From: an uncultured bacterium
GTDB taxonomy: Bacteria; CAYJRR01
Length of the DNA stretch: 48,874 nt
Reading direction: 5' to 3'
NCBI GenBank assembly: GCA_964372275.1
Contig: CAYJRR010000016.1
Coordinates: 1-48,874 of the forward strand
Numbering within the stretch: the stretch's first letter is position 1; every line of letters begins with the position of its first letter. The notes beneath the pieces were generated by a model. That model saw nothing but the letters and a program-made list of their open reading frames with translations. It did not search any database and was not told the DNA's origin. Shown piece by piece: positions 12,010 through 21,380 of the stretch. The translations under genes and the position numbers were made by a program.

Positions 12010-12956
12010 GCGTCGAACTGGTCCAGGTTTCGAAGAGCTTCGGAGGTGCGCAGGTGCTGGCGCCGATGTCCCTCTCGATCCGGACGGGGGAGCTGCTCGC
12101 GCTGCTCGGTCCGTCGGGCTGCGGAAAGACGACGACGCTGCGCCTGATCGCGGGGCTGGAGCGGCCCGACGCCGGACGCGTGCTCGTCGGCGGAACGGAC
12201 CTGACCGCGGAGCCTCCCGAACGGCGTGGCCTGGGAATGGTGTTCCAGAGCTACGCCGTTTGGCCGCACCGATCCGTCGCGCAGAACGTCGGCTACCCGC
12301 TCGAGCGGAGCGGAGCGGGGCGCGCGGAGATCCTGGACCGGGTTCGCGAGGCGCTCGCGCTCGTCCACCTCGACGCGCTGGCTGAACGGCGTCCGCACCA
12401 GCTCTCCGGCGGCCAACTGCAGCGGGTGGCGCTCGCGCGGGCATTGGTGGCGCGGCCGCGGGTCCTGCTCCTCGACGAGCCGCTGTCGAACCTCGACGCC
12501 CTCCTGCGCGAGGAGATGCGGGCCGAGATCCGCGCCTTGCAGCGGCGGCTCTCGATCACGACCGTCCTGGTGACGCACGACCAGGCGGAGGCGCTGGCGA
12601 TTGCCGACCGGGTGGCGGTGCTCGACCGGGGCCGGATCGAACAGCTCGGGGAGCCGCAGGAGATCTACGACCGTCCGGCGACGCGATTCGTGGCCGAGTT
12701 CGTCGGGGGCGGAAACGTGATCGCCGCCGAGAACGGAGTGGGCGCGCTCGTGGTTCGTCCGGAAGAGGTCGTGCTCGACCCGGACGGCCGAGAGATGCGT
12801 CTGACCGAGAAGCTCTACCGGGGGGATCGCGTCGAAGCGCGGCTCGACTGGAACGGGGTCGCGCTGCGCGCCGTCTGGCCCGTCGCCGACGCCGCCGGCG
12901 CCTCGATCGGCGGGACGGTCCGGTGCTCGTTCCGCCGCACGCGCGAGGTCCCGTAG
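12006..12956 (+). CDS. ABC transporter ATP-binding protein (FbpC/PotA-like)
   Basis: Walker A GPSGCGKT, signature LSGGQLQR, LLLDEPLSNLD, VTHDQAEA; GTGA overlap. Confidence 0.93.
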   Translation: MSVELVQVSKSFGGAQVLAPMSLSIRTGELLALLGPSGCGKTTTLRLIAGLERPDAGRVLVGGTDLTAEPPERRGLGMVFQSYAVWPHRSVAQNVGYPLERSGAGRAEILDRVREALALVHLDALAERRPHQLSGGQLQRVALARALVARPRVLLLDEPLSNLDALLREEMRAEIRALQRRLSITTVLVTHDQAEALAIADRVAVLDRGRIEQLGEPQEIYDRPATRFVAEFVGGGNVIAAENGVGALVVRPEEVVLDPDGREMRLTEKLYRGDRVEARLDWNGVALRAVWPVADAAGASIGGTVRCSFRRTREVP

Positions 12957-12958
12957 AG

Positions 12959-12995
12959 GCGGGCGCGGACGACGACGGGATCGGCGCGCGCCCGC
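12959..12995. terminator. GC-rich inverted repeat between convergent genes
   Basis: GCGGGCGCG ... CGCGCCCGC between the stops at 12956 and 13004; no U-tract. Confidence 0.25.
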
Positions 12996-13003
12996 GCGCC
13001 GTC

Positions 13004-14221
13004 TCATTGCCTCTCCGCCTCTTCCTGCACCCACGCCGCGAGCGCCTTCGCCTGCGTCTCGTCGAGGAGCGATTCGAAGGTCGGCATCTGCGTGTCGGGT
13101 CTGGTCCGCTCCGGATTGCGGATCCAGGCGGCGACCTCCTCGACCGGCTTTCCTACCGACGCGCGGATCTTGTCGCGGAACGGCGCTCCTCGCGCGTGGC
13201 AGGTGGTGCAGCCGAGCTTCGCGAACAGCTCCTCGGGCTTGGCGTCGGGGGCCGGTCCCGGCTCGCGTGGCCCGGCCTCTCCGATCCGGTTCGCCTTCGC
13301 CGACGGCGCCACGCCGGTCAAGTAGGCGTAGATCGCCGCCATCTCCACGTCGTCGATCCGCCGCCAGCGCGGCATCGGCGGTCGCACCAGCCGCCCCTCG
13401 CGGTCGACCCCCTCCCGCATCGCGCGCGCGAACTGCTCGAGCGTGTAGCCCTTCAGCCCCTGCTCGGAGAAGGTGATGTTGGTGGAGAAGATCGACGGCC
13501 CCGACGGCAGGGCGAGCTCGAACCCGCCGCCGTAGGCGTCGGGCCCGCGGACCTTCGCCGGCTTGAATCCGGCGGTGTGGCATTCGCCGCAGTGGTAGAC
13601 CTCCTCGACGCGGTAGCGCCCGTAGTCCACCGTCGGTCCCGGCGGCGGCGCCTCGATCCGGACCGCCGCCGCCGCGGGATCCGGGGGCAGGTTCATCGTC
13701 TGGATCAGACGTCCGGCGCGGGAGAGCGCCGGGCGCGGCGACGCCTTTTCGTCGTGCACGAAGAACGGATGATCGCTCCTCAGGAAGCCGATCACCGCCG
13801 CCACGTCGGCGTCCGCCATCCCGCCGTACCGCGGCATCGGCATCCGGAGCACCGTCCCGTCCCGGCGCACGCCGGCGCGGAGCGCGCGCGCCAGCTCCTC
13901 GTCGCGCCACGTCCCGATCCCGTTCTGGTAGTGCTTGGTGAGGTTCGCGGTGTGGATCTTCCCGAGGAAGGCCGGCACCTCGGGCATGGGACGTCCCGAC
14001 GCGCGGCCGGTCTCGGGATCGACGTGGCAGTCGGCGCAGACCTGCACGAAGATCCGCTCCCCTCGTGCCAGCGACTCCGGATCGGAGGCGGCGCGGATCG
14101 CCGGGAACGGGACGTCGAAGGTCCGCGTCACGAAGCGGTCGGCATGGCGGAACAGCAGGAGGAACGCGGCCGCGATCAGGACGACGACGGAGGCGGCCGC
14201 GAGGAAGAGCTTCTTGCGCAT
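13004..14221 (-). CDS. membrane-anchored tri-heme cytochrome c
   Basis: N-terminal TM helix; three CxxCH motifs (CADCH, CGECH, CTTCH); xNLT/xNIT motifs like those in dehydrogenase cytochrome c subunits. Confidence 0.9.
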   Translation of the reverse strand: MRKKLFLAAASVVVLIAAAFLLLFRHADRFVTRTFDVPFPAIRAASDPESLARGERIFVQVCADCHVDPETGRASGRPMPEVPAFLGKIHTANLTKHYQNGIGTWRDEELARALRAGVRRDGTVLRMPMPRYGGMADADVAAVIGFLRSDHPFFVHDEKASPRPALSRAGRLIQTMNLPPDPAAAAVRIEAPPPGPTVDYGRYRVEEVYHCGECHTAGFKPAKVRGPDAYGGGFELALPSGPSIFSTNITFSEQGLKGYTLEQFARAMREGVDREGRLVRPPMPRWRRIDDVEMAAIYAYLTGVAPSAKANRIGEAGPREPGPAPDAKPEELFAKLGCTTCHARGAPFRDKIRASVGKPVEEVAAWIRNPERTRPDTQMPTFESLLDETQAKALAAWVQEEAERQ

Positions 14222-14317
14222 GCGGCGTCGTTACGCCCCGCTGCCTCCGCGGTCAAGCGCCGGCGCTTGTCATCGCCGCGGGATTCGTTGGATGCTGCGA
14301 CCGCGAAAGGAACCCCG

Positions 14318-14947
14318 ATGAAATCGATCGCCGCTTGCGCCTCGCTGGCCCTCCTCGTCCCTTCGATCGCCTCCGCCGACGACGTCACCGACGCGATCAA
14401 CTCCGGTCTCGCCGCCTACAAGGCGGGGAACTACTCGGAGGCCGCCTCCGATCTCGAGATGGCCGTCCAGAACATCCGCCAGAAGCAGGCGGAGGGGCTG
14501 AAGACCGTCTTTCCGAAGCCACCGGCGGGATGGACCGCCGGCGAGGCCGAGATCGCCTCGGCCGGGATGGCGATGCTCGGCGGCGGGATCGCTGCCAAGC
14601 GGACCTACACCGGAAAACCGGTTCCGGTCGATCCGAAGGACCCCGACGCCGGCACGCAGGCCCCGGAGGTGGAGATGAGCATCGCCGGCGAAAGCCCGAT
14701 GCTGAGCGGAATGTTGATGATGATCTCCAACCCCGCCTTCGCCGGCGCCTCGGGCGGAAAGGTGATCAAGATCGGCTCCTACAAGGCGATGGTGAAGAAG
14801 GACGGCGACTCGGCGGAGCTGTCGCTGATCGTGGCGAACAAGCTGCTGGTGACGGTCAACGGCAACGACGGCGCGACCGAGAGCGACGTCACCAACCTCG
14901 CCAAGGCGATCGACTTCGCCAAGCTGGAGAAGTTCGCGCAGCCCTGA
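14318..14947 (+). CDS. hypothetical secreted protein
   Basis: MKSIAACASLALLVPSIASA-DD signal peptide; RBS AAAGGAA; strong GC3 codon bias. Confidence 0.85.
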   Translation: MKSIAACASLALLVPSIASADDVTDAINSGLAAYKAGNYSEAASDLEMAVQNIRQKQAEGLKTVFPKPPAGWTAGEAEIASAGMAMLGGGIAAKRTYTGKPVPVDPKDPDAGTQAPEVEMSIAGESPMLSGMLMMISNPAFAGASGGKVIKIGSYKAMVKKDGDSAELSLIVANKLLVTVNGNDGATESDVTNLAKAIDFAKLEKFAQP

Positions 14948-14975
14948 CGGGGCGGGCGCGGATCGACGGTCGCCA

Positions 14976-16115
14976 TCAGTAGCGGTATCGCGCCGCGAGC
15001 GGTGCGCCGTAGGGCATCCGTCCCGGTGGGAGGACGGCCACCTCCGCGCCGTGGATCCAGGCCATCTCGGCCACGTCGTCGAGGACGTCGGCCGCGTCGG
15101 ACGCTCCGGCGGGGTCGATCTCGACCGCACCGGTCGCGCGGTCGAGCCGTCCCGCGAGGCGTCGCCCCTCCGCCACCAGGAGGGCCCAGACGCGTCCCTG
15201 GCGCGCGGCGGCGGCGATCTCGCGCAGGTCGATGCTCCCGCGGCCGACGCCGATCGCGTTTTCGGTCGTGCGCTGGAGCTCCGCATCGCGCTCCGCGTAG
15301 TGCTCCCGGACGATCGGCCAGGCGCGCCGGTGGAGCGTCTTGCGGTCCCAGTGGTCGGCGTTGCCGTCGACCCCGTGCTCGAGCAGCCGGGGACTCCGGC
15401 AGGCCGCCCGGTAGAGGGCGCGGTAGTAGGGGACGCACGCCAGGACGAGAGGACCCGGTTCGCCGCGCAGCCGGCGCGCGACCGGCTCGTCGATCCGACG
15501 GAAGGCGCGCTCCAGCTCGCGCTTGCGCTCGAGCGCCTCCGGTCCCCCCTGCCCGCCCATCACCGGCGCCTGCCCGCCGCCGCGGAATCCGGCGTGGAAG
15601 GTCGAATCGTCGACCCACTCCTCGTCGCCGATGACGTCGCGCAACCGCGCCGGAAGCCCCTCGACCTCGAGCGGCTCCAGCCCGGATGCGGATCCGGCGT
15701 GGAGGACGATCGCGTTCCCCGACAACGCGAGCACGAAGAACGGGCGATGCCGCGCCAGCGCGCGGAAGAGCGGCTTGGTGTGGAAGCTGTCGCCGATCAC
15801 CACCCTCTCCGTGACCGCGACCGGGAGTCGCGTGACGCGGAAGGTCGAGGGCGAACGGAACAATGCCAGCCCCCGACCCGCGCCCGGCGCGCGCCAGAAC
15901 CCCGCCCCCGGGAGAGCCGAGATCGGTTCGAGCAGACGCGCGACCTCGCGCGCCGGGAGGCGTTCGCGCAGAAGCGCCTCCGCGCGCCCGACCAGGTTCT
16001 TGAAGCGGATCGGATCCTCCTCGGCGTCCGGGAAGCCGGCGTGCGTCGGGAGGTAGATCGAAAGACAGGGCTCGGCCTGCGGCTGGAGCAGGACCGTCAG
16101 GTCTTCCACGAGCAT
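14976..16115 (-). CDS. bacterial archaeo-eukaryotic release factor-like protein (baeRF3-type)
   Basis: PCLSIYLPTH...DPIRFKNL, GLALF, VIGDSFHTKPL, FFVLALS; C-terminal L7Ae-like DVLDDVAEMAWIHGAEV...LAARYRY. Confidence 0.75.
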   Translation of the reverse strand: MLVEDLTVLLQPQAEPCLSIYLPTHAGFPDAEEDPIRFKNLVGRAEALLRERLPAREVARLLEPISALPGAGFWRAPGAGRGLALFRSPSTFRVTRLPVAVTERVVIGDSFHTKPLFRALARHRPFFVLALSGNAIVLHAGSASGLEPLEVEGLPARLRDVIGDEEWVDDSTFHAGFRGGGQAPVMGGQGGPEALERKRELERAFRRIDEPVARRLRGEPGPLVLACVPYYRALYRAACRSPRLLEHGVDGNADHWDRKTLHRRAWPIVREHYAERDAELQRTTENAIGVGRGSIDLREIAAAARQGRVWALLVAEGRRLAGRLDRATGAVEIDPAGASDAADVLDDVAEMAWIHGAEVAVLPPGRMPYGAPLAARYRY

Positions 16116-16209
16116 CTACCGGGACAAAGGGGATCGAACGGCGCCGCCGCCAGCGAACGCGCGCGATCGGCGGCCGGGCGCGCGCGGCGGCGGCCGGCCG
16201 GATCGCAGA

Positions 16210-17412
16210 TCAGGGCGGCGGTTCCGCGTTCCGCCGGACGAGCCGGACCAGGCGCGCGATCCCGTCGTCGAACGCGGCGGGCGTCGGGAGCAGGCTCACG
16301 ACGAGGTGGCCCGGCTCGGCGAAGTCGAAAAAGCCGCCGGGCTGCGCGTGAACCCCCTCCTCGTCTACGAGCGCCACCGTCCACGCTTCGTCCGAAAACA
16401 GCCGCGGAACGCGCAGCACCGCGTACCAGCCGCCCTCGATCGCCAGCGCGCTCACCGGCGTGCCGCGCAGGCGCTCGCGCAGCGCCGCCGCGTTTCGCGC
16501 CAGGCGCGCGCGGACGGGGCCTTGGACCTCGTCGCGCGCGGCGAGAAGGCGGGGGGCGGCGAGCTGGACCGGCGTCGAGACCGAGAGGAAGGTGTCGGCG
16601 ACGATCTCCAACCGGGCGCGCGCCTCCTCCGCCGCGTCGGGGGGCCCGCCGATCCGGATCCAGCCGAGCTTGAGCTGCGGCGCGGCGAGCACCTTGGAGA
16701 GGCCGCTCAGGACGAAGGTGAGCGCGGCCGGCGACCCGGCGGCGAAGGTGCCGACGCGCTCCGCGTCCGGGGCGAACGCGTAGTCGGAGAAGACTTCGTC
16801 CGCGACGATCGCCACGTCGTGGCGCGCGCAGAGCGACTCGAGCGCCTCCCGTTCGGCGCGCGTCACGAAGGCCCCCGTCGGATTTCCCGGGTTCACCACC
16901 ACAAGCAGCCGCACCGGAGGGCCCGGCGCGCGCATCGCCGCCTCGACCGACGGCAGGTCGATCCGCCACGCCCCGGCGTCGCTCCGCAGAGCGTAGCCCG
17001 CGACCGAGATCCGCTCCAGGCGGCCGATGAAGTCGAAGAGCGGATAGCCGGGACACGGGGTGAGGACGCGATCGCCGGGATCACAGAGGAGCTTGAAGAG
17101 GAAGGCGTAGGCCTCGCTCGTGCTCGCCGTCAGCACGATCGAGCCCGGGTCGACGACCGCACCGCGCGCGGCGTAGTCGCGCGCCACCGCCTCGCGCGCG
17201 GAGGCGATTCCCTGCGGGTGCGGCTCGTAGCGTTCGATCCCCGGCGCGGCCAGGGCCTCGCGCAGCCGCTCGAAAGGGAGTCCGAGCCCGACGCGCGTCG
17301 GGTTCGATTCGACCAGGTCGATCAGCGGCAACCCCGCCGCGCGCCGCCGCTCCAACGCGACGGCCAGCGCGTTTTGGTCCCGCGCCCACCCGGTCGCGGC
17401 GGAGAAGGTCAC
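16210..17412 (-). CDS. PLP-dependent aminotransferase class I/II
   Basis: DLVESNPT, LTASTSEAY, PGYPLFD, VNPGNPTG, ADEVFSDY, LSGLSK (PLP lysine); GTGA overlap with the upstream gene. Confidence 0.9.
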   Translation of the reverse strand: MTFSAATGWARDQNALAVALERRRAAGLPLIDLVESNPTRVGLGLPFERLREALAAPGIERYEPHPQGIASAREAVARDYAARGAVVDPGSIVLTASTSEAYAFLFKLLCDPGDRVLTPCPGYPLFDFIGRLERISVAGYALRSDAGAWRIDLPSVEAAMRAPGPPVRLLVVVNPGNPTGAFVTRAEREALESLCARHDVAIVADEVFSDYAFAPDAERVGTFAAGSPAALTFVLSGLSKVLAAPQLKLGWIRIGGPPDAAEEARARLEIVADTFLSVSTPVQLAAPRLLAARDEVQGPVRARLARNAAALRERLRGTPVSALAIEGGWYAVLRVPRLFSDEAWTVALVDEEGVHAQPGGFFDFAEPGHLVVSLLPTPAAFDDGIARLVRLVRRNAEPPP

Positions 17413-17954
17413 CCCGCCGCCTCGAGCCGCGCAATCCACTCCGCCGACAGTCCGCGTTCGCGCGAACCGCGAAGCAGCGTCTCGAGGAAGCGCGGCGCCG
17501 GCCGCCCCTCCGGAACAGTCCGGGACGCGGCCGCCACGTAGTAGTGGCACTCGACCGGCGACCGATGCGCCTGCGCCCCGGCCGCCGCGACCGTCCCGAG
17601 GGGCGACGCGGGACCACGCCGTTCCTCGAACAGTCCGCTGAGAACCCCCTCCTTGTGCCGCACCAGCCCCAGCGCCTCCGCCGGCAAGGGGAGCGCGATC
17701 CCTTCGACGTGCGACGCCGGATCGTCGACCAGACTGCCGACCAGCCCTCCCCAGAAGTTCGACCGCACGTTGAAGACGAGCCGCTTTCCGTCCATTCGCG
17801 CCGCCCATGCGCGCGAGAGATCGGGCGCGCGATACCCGTGTTCCGCGCACCATCCGGCGAACGCCGCGCCGTCGAGCGACGACCCGTAGACGAACCAGTG
17901 GAGCGCCCCCTCGGCGGTCGCCTGCGGAGCGGTGAAGAGCGGTAGCTTCGCCAT
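17409..17954 (-). CDS. gamma-glutamylcyclotransferase family protein
   Basis: WFVYGSSLD (YGS motif), LVFNVRS..WGG, HKEG, C-terminal FLETLLRG..ERGLSAEWIARL. Confidence 0.8.
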   Translation of the reverse strand: MAKLPLFTAPQATAEGALHWFVYGSSLDGAAFAGWCAEHGYRAPDLSRAWAARMDGKRLVFNVRSNFWGGLVGSLVDDPASHVEGIALPLPAEALGLVRHKEGVLSGLFEERRGPASPLGTVAAAGAQAHRSPVECHYYVAAASRTVPEGRPAPRFLETLLRGSRERGLSAEWIARLEAAG

Positions 17955-17999
17955 GGCGGGGTCTTGTAGCATGGCGCTCCAGCCCAAGCGGAGTCGACC

Positions 18000-19496
18000 G
18001 TGCCCGTCCTCGATCGATACCTCGAAGCGCTTCGCATGCCGGGGGCCCAGGCGATCACCTTCGTCTCGGGGGCGCCGGTGGAGATCCTGGCCAACAACGC
18101 CACGCGGCAGGTGGCGAACGCCGTCCCGACCGCCGAGCAGCTCCACGCCATCCTCGCCGAGGTGCTCCCCGAGCTGCGCGGCCAGTCCGACGGCCCACCG
18201 CGCGACTACCACTACGCGAGCCCCTTGGGGTCGGTGAAGATCTCGGTGCAGCTCAACGCCGGCAACGTCGCGGCCCGCGTCACCGCGTGGTCGGGGCCGC
18301 CCCCCGCCGCGCCGACGCCGGTCGGTGCGGCCCCCGCGACCGCGCCGGCCGAATCGCGACCGGTAGCGCGTGGCGGGAAGCCGGCCCACATGGACGACCT
18401 GTTCCACCAGATGCTCGACGCGAAGGCCTCCGACCTGCACCTCAAGTCGGACAAGGTGCCGATGCTCCGCATCCACGGCGACATGCGCGAGGCAGAAGGC
18501 CGGCCGCCGCTCTCCAGCCCGGAGTTGTGGTCGCTCCTCACCGCGATCATGCCGGAGCGGAACCGCTCCCAGGTGGAGGAGATCTGGGACACCGACTTCG
18601 CCTACGAGGTGGTCGGCCGCGCGCGCATGCGCTGCAACGTCTTCAAGGACATCGCCGGATGGGGGGCCGTCTTCCGGCAGATCCCGAGCAAGATCCTCAC
18701 CGCCAAGGACCTGAACATCCCGCCGGCGGTGCTGAAGCTGTGCGACTACCCCAAGGGGCTGGTGCTGGTCACGGGGCCCACCGGATCCGGCAAGTCGACG
18801 ACGCTCGCGGCGATGATCGACTACATCAACGCCACCCGCGAAGAGCACATCATCACGATCGAGGACCCGGTCGAGTTCGTCCACCCCGACAAGAAGTGCC
18901 TGGTCAACCAGCGCGAGGTCGGCGCCACGACGCAGACCTTCAAGGCGGCGCTGCGCGCGGCGTTGCGCGAGGACCCGGACGTGGTGCTGATCGGCGAGCT
19001 CCGCGACCTGGAGACGATGGCGATCGCCATCGAGACGGCCGAGACCGGGCACCTGGTGTTCGGCACGCTCCACACCAACACCGCGCCGTCGACCGTCGAC
19101 CGGATGATCGACCAGTTCCCCGCCGACCGGCAGGCGCAGATCCGGGCGATGCTTTCCGAGTCGCTGATCGGCGTCGTCTCGCAGACGCTGTGCAAGAAGC
19201 GTGAGGGTGGCCGGATCGCGGCGCTCGAGGTGCTGATCGTCACCACCGCGGTGGCGAACCTGATCCGCGAAGGGAAGACGTTCCAGATCCCGTCGGCGAT
19301 GCAGACGGCGCGCGGGATCGGGATGCAGACGATGAACGACGCGCTGCTGGAGCTGGCGCGGCAGCGGCAGATCGATCCCGAGGAGGCCTACGCCTGCTCG
19401 ATCGCCAAGCGGGAGATGGGGATCGCGCTGACGCGCGCCGGTTATCGAGGCGCCTGGACCGACGAGAAGGCGGAGAAGATGGAGAAGCCGGCATGA
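18000..19496 (+). CDS. pilT: type IV pilus retraction ATPase PilT with N-terminal extension
   Basis: ASDLHL, GLVLVTGPTGSGKSTTLAAMID, TIEDPVE, QREVG, ALREDPDV..IGELRD, ETGHLVFGTLHT, AVANLIRE. Confidence 0.93.
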   Translation: MPVLDRYLEALRMPGAQAITFVSGAPVEILANNATRQVANAVPTAEQLHAILAEVLPELRGQSDGPPRDYHYASPLGSVKISVQLNAGNVAARVTAWSGPPPAAPTPVGAAPATAPAESRPVARGGKPAHMDDLFHQMLDAKASDLHLKSDKVPMLRIHGDMREAEGRPPLSSPELWSLLTAIMPERNRSQVEEIWDTDFAYEVVGRARMRCNVFKDIAGWGAVFRQIPSKILTAKDLNIPPAVLKLCDYPKGLVLVTGPTGSGKSTTLAAMIDYINATREEHIITIEDPVEFVHPDKKCLVNQREVGATTQTFKAALRAALREDPDVVLIGELRDLETMAIAIETAETGHLVFGTLHTNTAPSTVDRMIDQFPADRQAQIRAMLSESLIGVVSQTLCKKREGGRIAALEVLIVTTAVANLIREGKTFQIPSAMQTARGIGMQTMNDALLELARQRQIDPEEAYACSIAKREMGIALTRAGYRGAWTDEKAEKMEKPA

Positions 19497-20149
19497 GTGG
19501 CGTCAAGGAGCCGCGGCTTTTCATGGGGCTGGCCGAGGAGCACCTCCGCCACGTGTTGGCCGCCTGCACGCAGCAGACGCTGCTCCCGGGCGACTTCATC
19601 TTCCGCGAGGGGGACGACGGCGACGTGCTGTTCCTGGTGGAGAGCGGCTCCGTCGAGGTCTACACCACGATTCGCCCCGACCTCGACCGCGTCCTCCTGA
19701 CCGCCGGCCCCGGCGAGGTGTTCGGCGAGCTCTCCTGGATCGACGGCACGCGCCGCAGCGCCGGCGCGCGGACGGTCGCCGCGACGCACGTCTACGCCCT
19801 GACGCGCGCCGCCTTCGACCACCTCGCGACCGAGAACCCCGCCGTCGCCGCCGGCACCTACGCCGCCCTGACGACGGTCCTCGCCGAGCGCCTCCGCCAC
19901 ACCAACGAGGCCTACAAGGACTCCGTCGACGCCTACCTCGAGGTCGCGGGCTTAGGCTCCCTCAACCTGAACCGCCTCGCCGAAGACCTCCGCCCCGTGA
20001 CCGTGCACTTGATTGGCGGCGCCACCGTCCGCGGCCGCCTCCTCGACCTCGAAAACCAACCCCCCGGCTGGGCCCTCTTCGTCAAGGAGCCCAACGAGAA
20101 GATCTCGCTGATCCCGTACCAGGCGATCACGCGGATTGAAGTGACGTAG
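19493..20149 (+). CDS. cyclic-nucleotide-binding protein with C-terminal Hfq/Sm-like domain
   Basis: IFREGDDGD..FLVESGSV, GEVFGELS, RSA phosphate-binding cassette. The last ~65 aa align by eye to Hfq rather than to a Crp HTH. ATGA overlap with pilT. Confidence 0.85.
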   Translation: MSGVKEPRLFMGLAEEHLRHVLAACTQQTLLPGDFIFREGDDGDVLFLVESGSVEVYTTIRPDLDRVLLTAGPGEVFGELSWIDGTRRSAGARTVAATHVYALTRAAFDHLATENPAVAAGTYAALTTVLAERLRHTNEAYKDSVDAYLEVAGLGSLNLNRLAEDLRPVTVHLIGGATVRGRLLDLENQPPGWALFVKEPNEKISLIPYQAITRIEVT

Positions 20150-20274
20150 CCTGGGGTGCCATGATCGGGCCGAGGACCGCGACCGCAAGCCGCGGTGAGA
20201 ACCGGACCGGCATCGAACGCCGGCAAGCTGTCTTGGTCGTTGGGAACATCTTGGTACCCGCGAGGAAAACCATC

Positions 20275-21300
20275 ATGTCTAGGTCTCATTGGTTGGCGGT
20301 CGTTGCGGCATTCGCGACCGCGGGATGCGTCTCGACGACGATCCGCGGCTATCAAGGCGGCAAGCTCAAGTACAGCGACGTCAATTACAACTACACGGCG
20401 AAGCCCGTGTTGAGCGACCCGCAGGGCAAGACCTACTCCCTGCACGGACAAGGGGCGTTCGCTTCCATCGCCTCGATCGGCGCGCTCGCGAAGAAAGGCA
20501 TGAAGCGCGCGGACGCGAACGCCGACGTCGTGTTCCAGGTGAAGGAGGGCGGAGCCATCAGCATCGAGTCGGGCGGCTTCGGCATGGCGCCACCGTTCAA
20601 GCCCGCGGTCACGGGCAGGATGCCGATCGATATCGTCGTGAAGGACAAGGCCGGGGCAGTCCTCGCGGAGAGCCAGGAGGCCACCGAGGAGATCCTCTTG
20701 AACGACGCCGTCTCCTTCAAGACGCGCGAGGAAGCGAAGAAGGCGGCCGAGCAGATGGTCGCGATGGGCGCAAAGGCGAAGATCGAGGAGAAGGTGCGGC
20801 AGAGCGCGATCCGTTCCGCCAGCAACAGCCTCGAGCTCCTCGCCAAGAATCTCTTCGAACCGAGAAAGGTCAGCGTCACCCTCCCCGCCCTTCGCGCCGC
20901 CGGTGGCGTGGACATGGAGCAGGCGTACCTGAAGCTCTCGAAGGCGAAGGGCGAGGAGCAGGTCAAAGAGGCGCTCGCAGGGTACTCGTCGCTCGGCACC
21001 GACCACAAGAAGGCCGACGGAACGCCAGACATCGTCGCGAACTACGGCGTGCGTTGCGGGCTCGCCTCCGCGAAGATCCTCGTCGGCGACCTCTCCGGTG
21101 CGTGGAACGAGACCAAGGCCGCCTGGCAGATCATGCCCGAGGGGCAGGAGCACCGGATGATCGCCCGCGTGCTGCATCAGCAGCAACAGCAGGCCGGCGT
21201 GGAGATCATCCCGAAGGAGGATTACGACGCCATGGCGATGGCCGACGCGAACGCGGCCGCCGACAAGCTGAGGGACCTCTTCAAGAAGAAAGAGAAGTAA
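20275..21300 (+). CDS. hypothetical lipoprotein
   Basis: MSRSHWLAVVAAFATAGC lipobox; RBS GAGGA; helical C-terminus. Confidence 0.85.
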   Translation: MSRSHWLAVVAAFATAGCVSTTIRGYQGGKLKYSDVNYNYTAKPVLSDPQGKTYSLHGQGAFASIASIGALAKKGMKRADANADVVFQVKEGGAISIESGGFGMAPPFKPAVTGRMPIDIVVKDKAGAVLAESQEATEEILLNDAVSFKTREEAKKAAEQMVAMGAKAKIEEKVRQSAIRSASNSLELLAKNLFEPRKVSVTLPALRAAGGVDMEQAYLKLSKAKGEEQVKEALAGYSSLGTDHKKADGTPDIVANYGVRCGLASAKILVGDLSGAWNETKAAWQIMPEGQEHRMIARVLHQQQQQAGVEIIPKEDYDAMAMADANAAADKLRDLFKKKEK

Positions 21301-21380
21301 CGGAGCTTCTTCACGGATCGAGGTGGTGCAGGAGGGGACGGCGTTTCATCCCGACCGAGGACGGTGGCCGCAAGCTGCGG

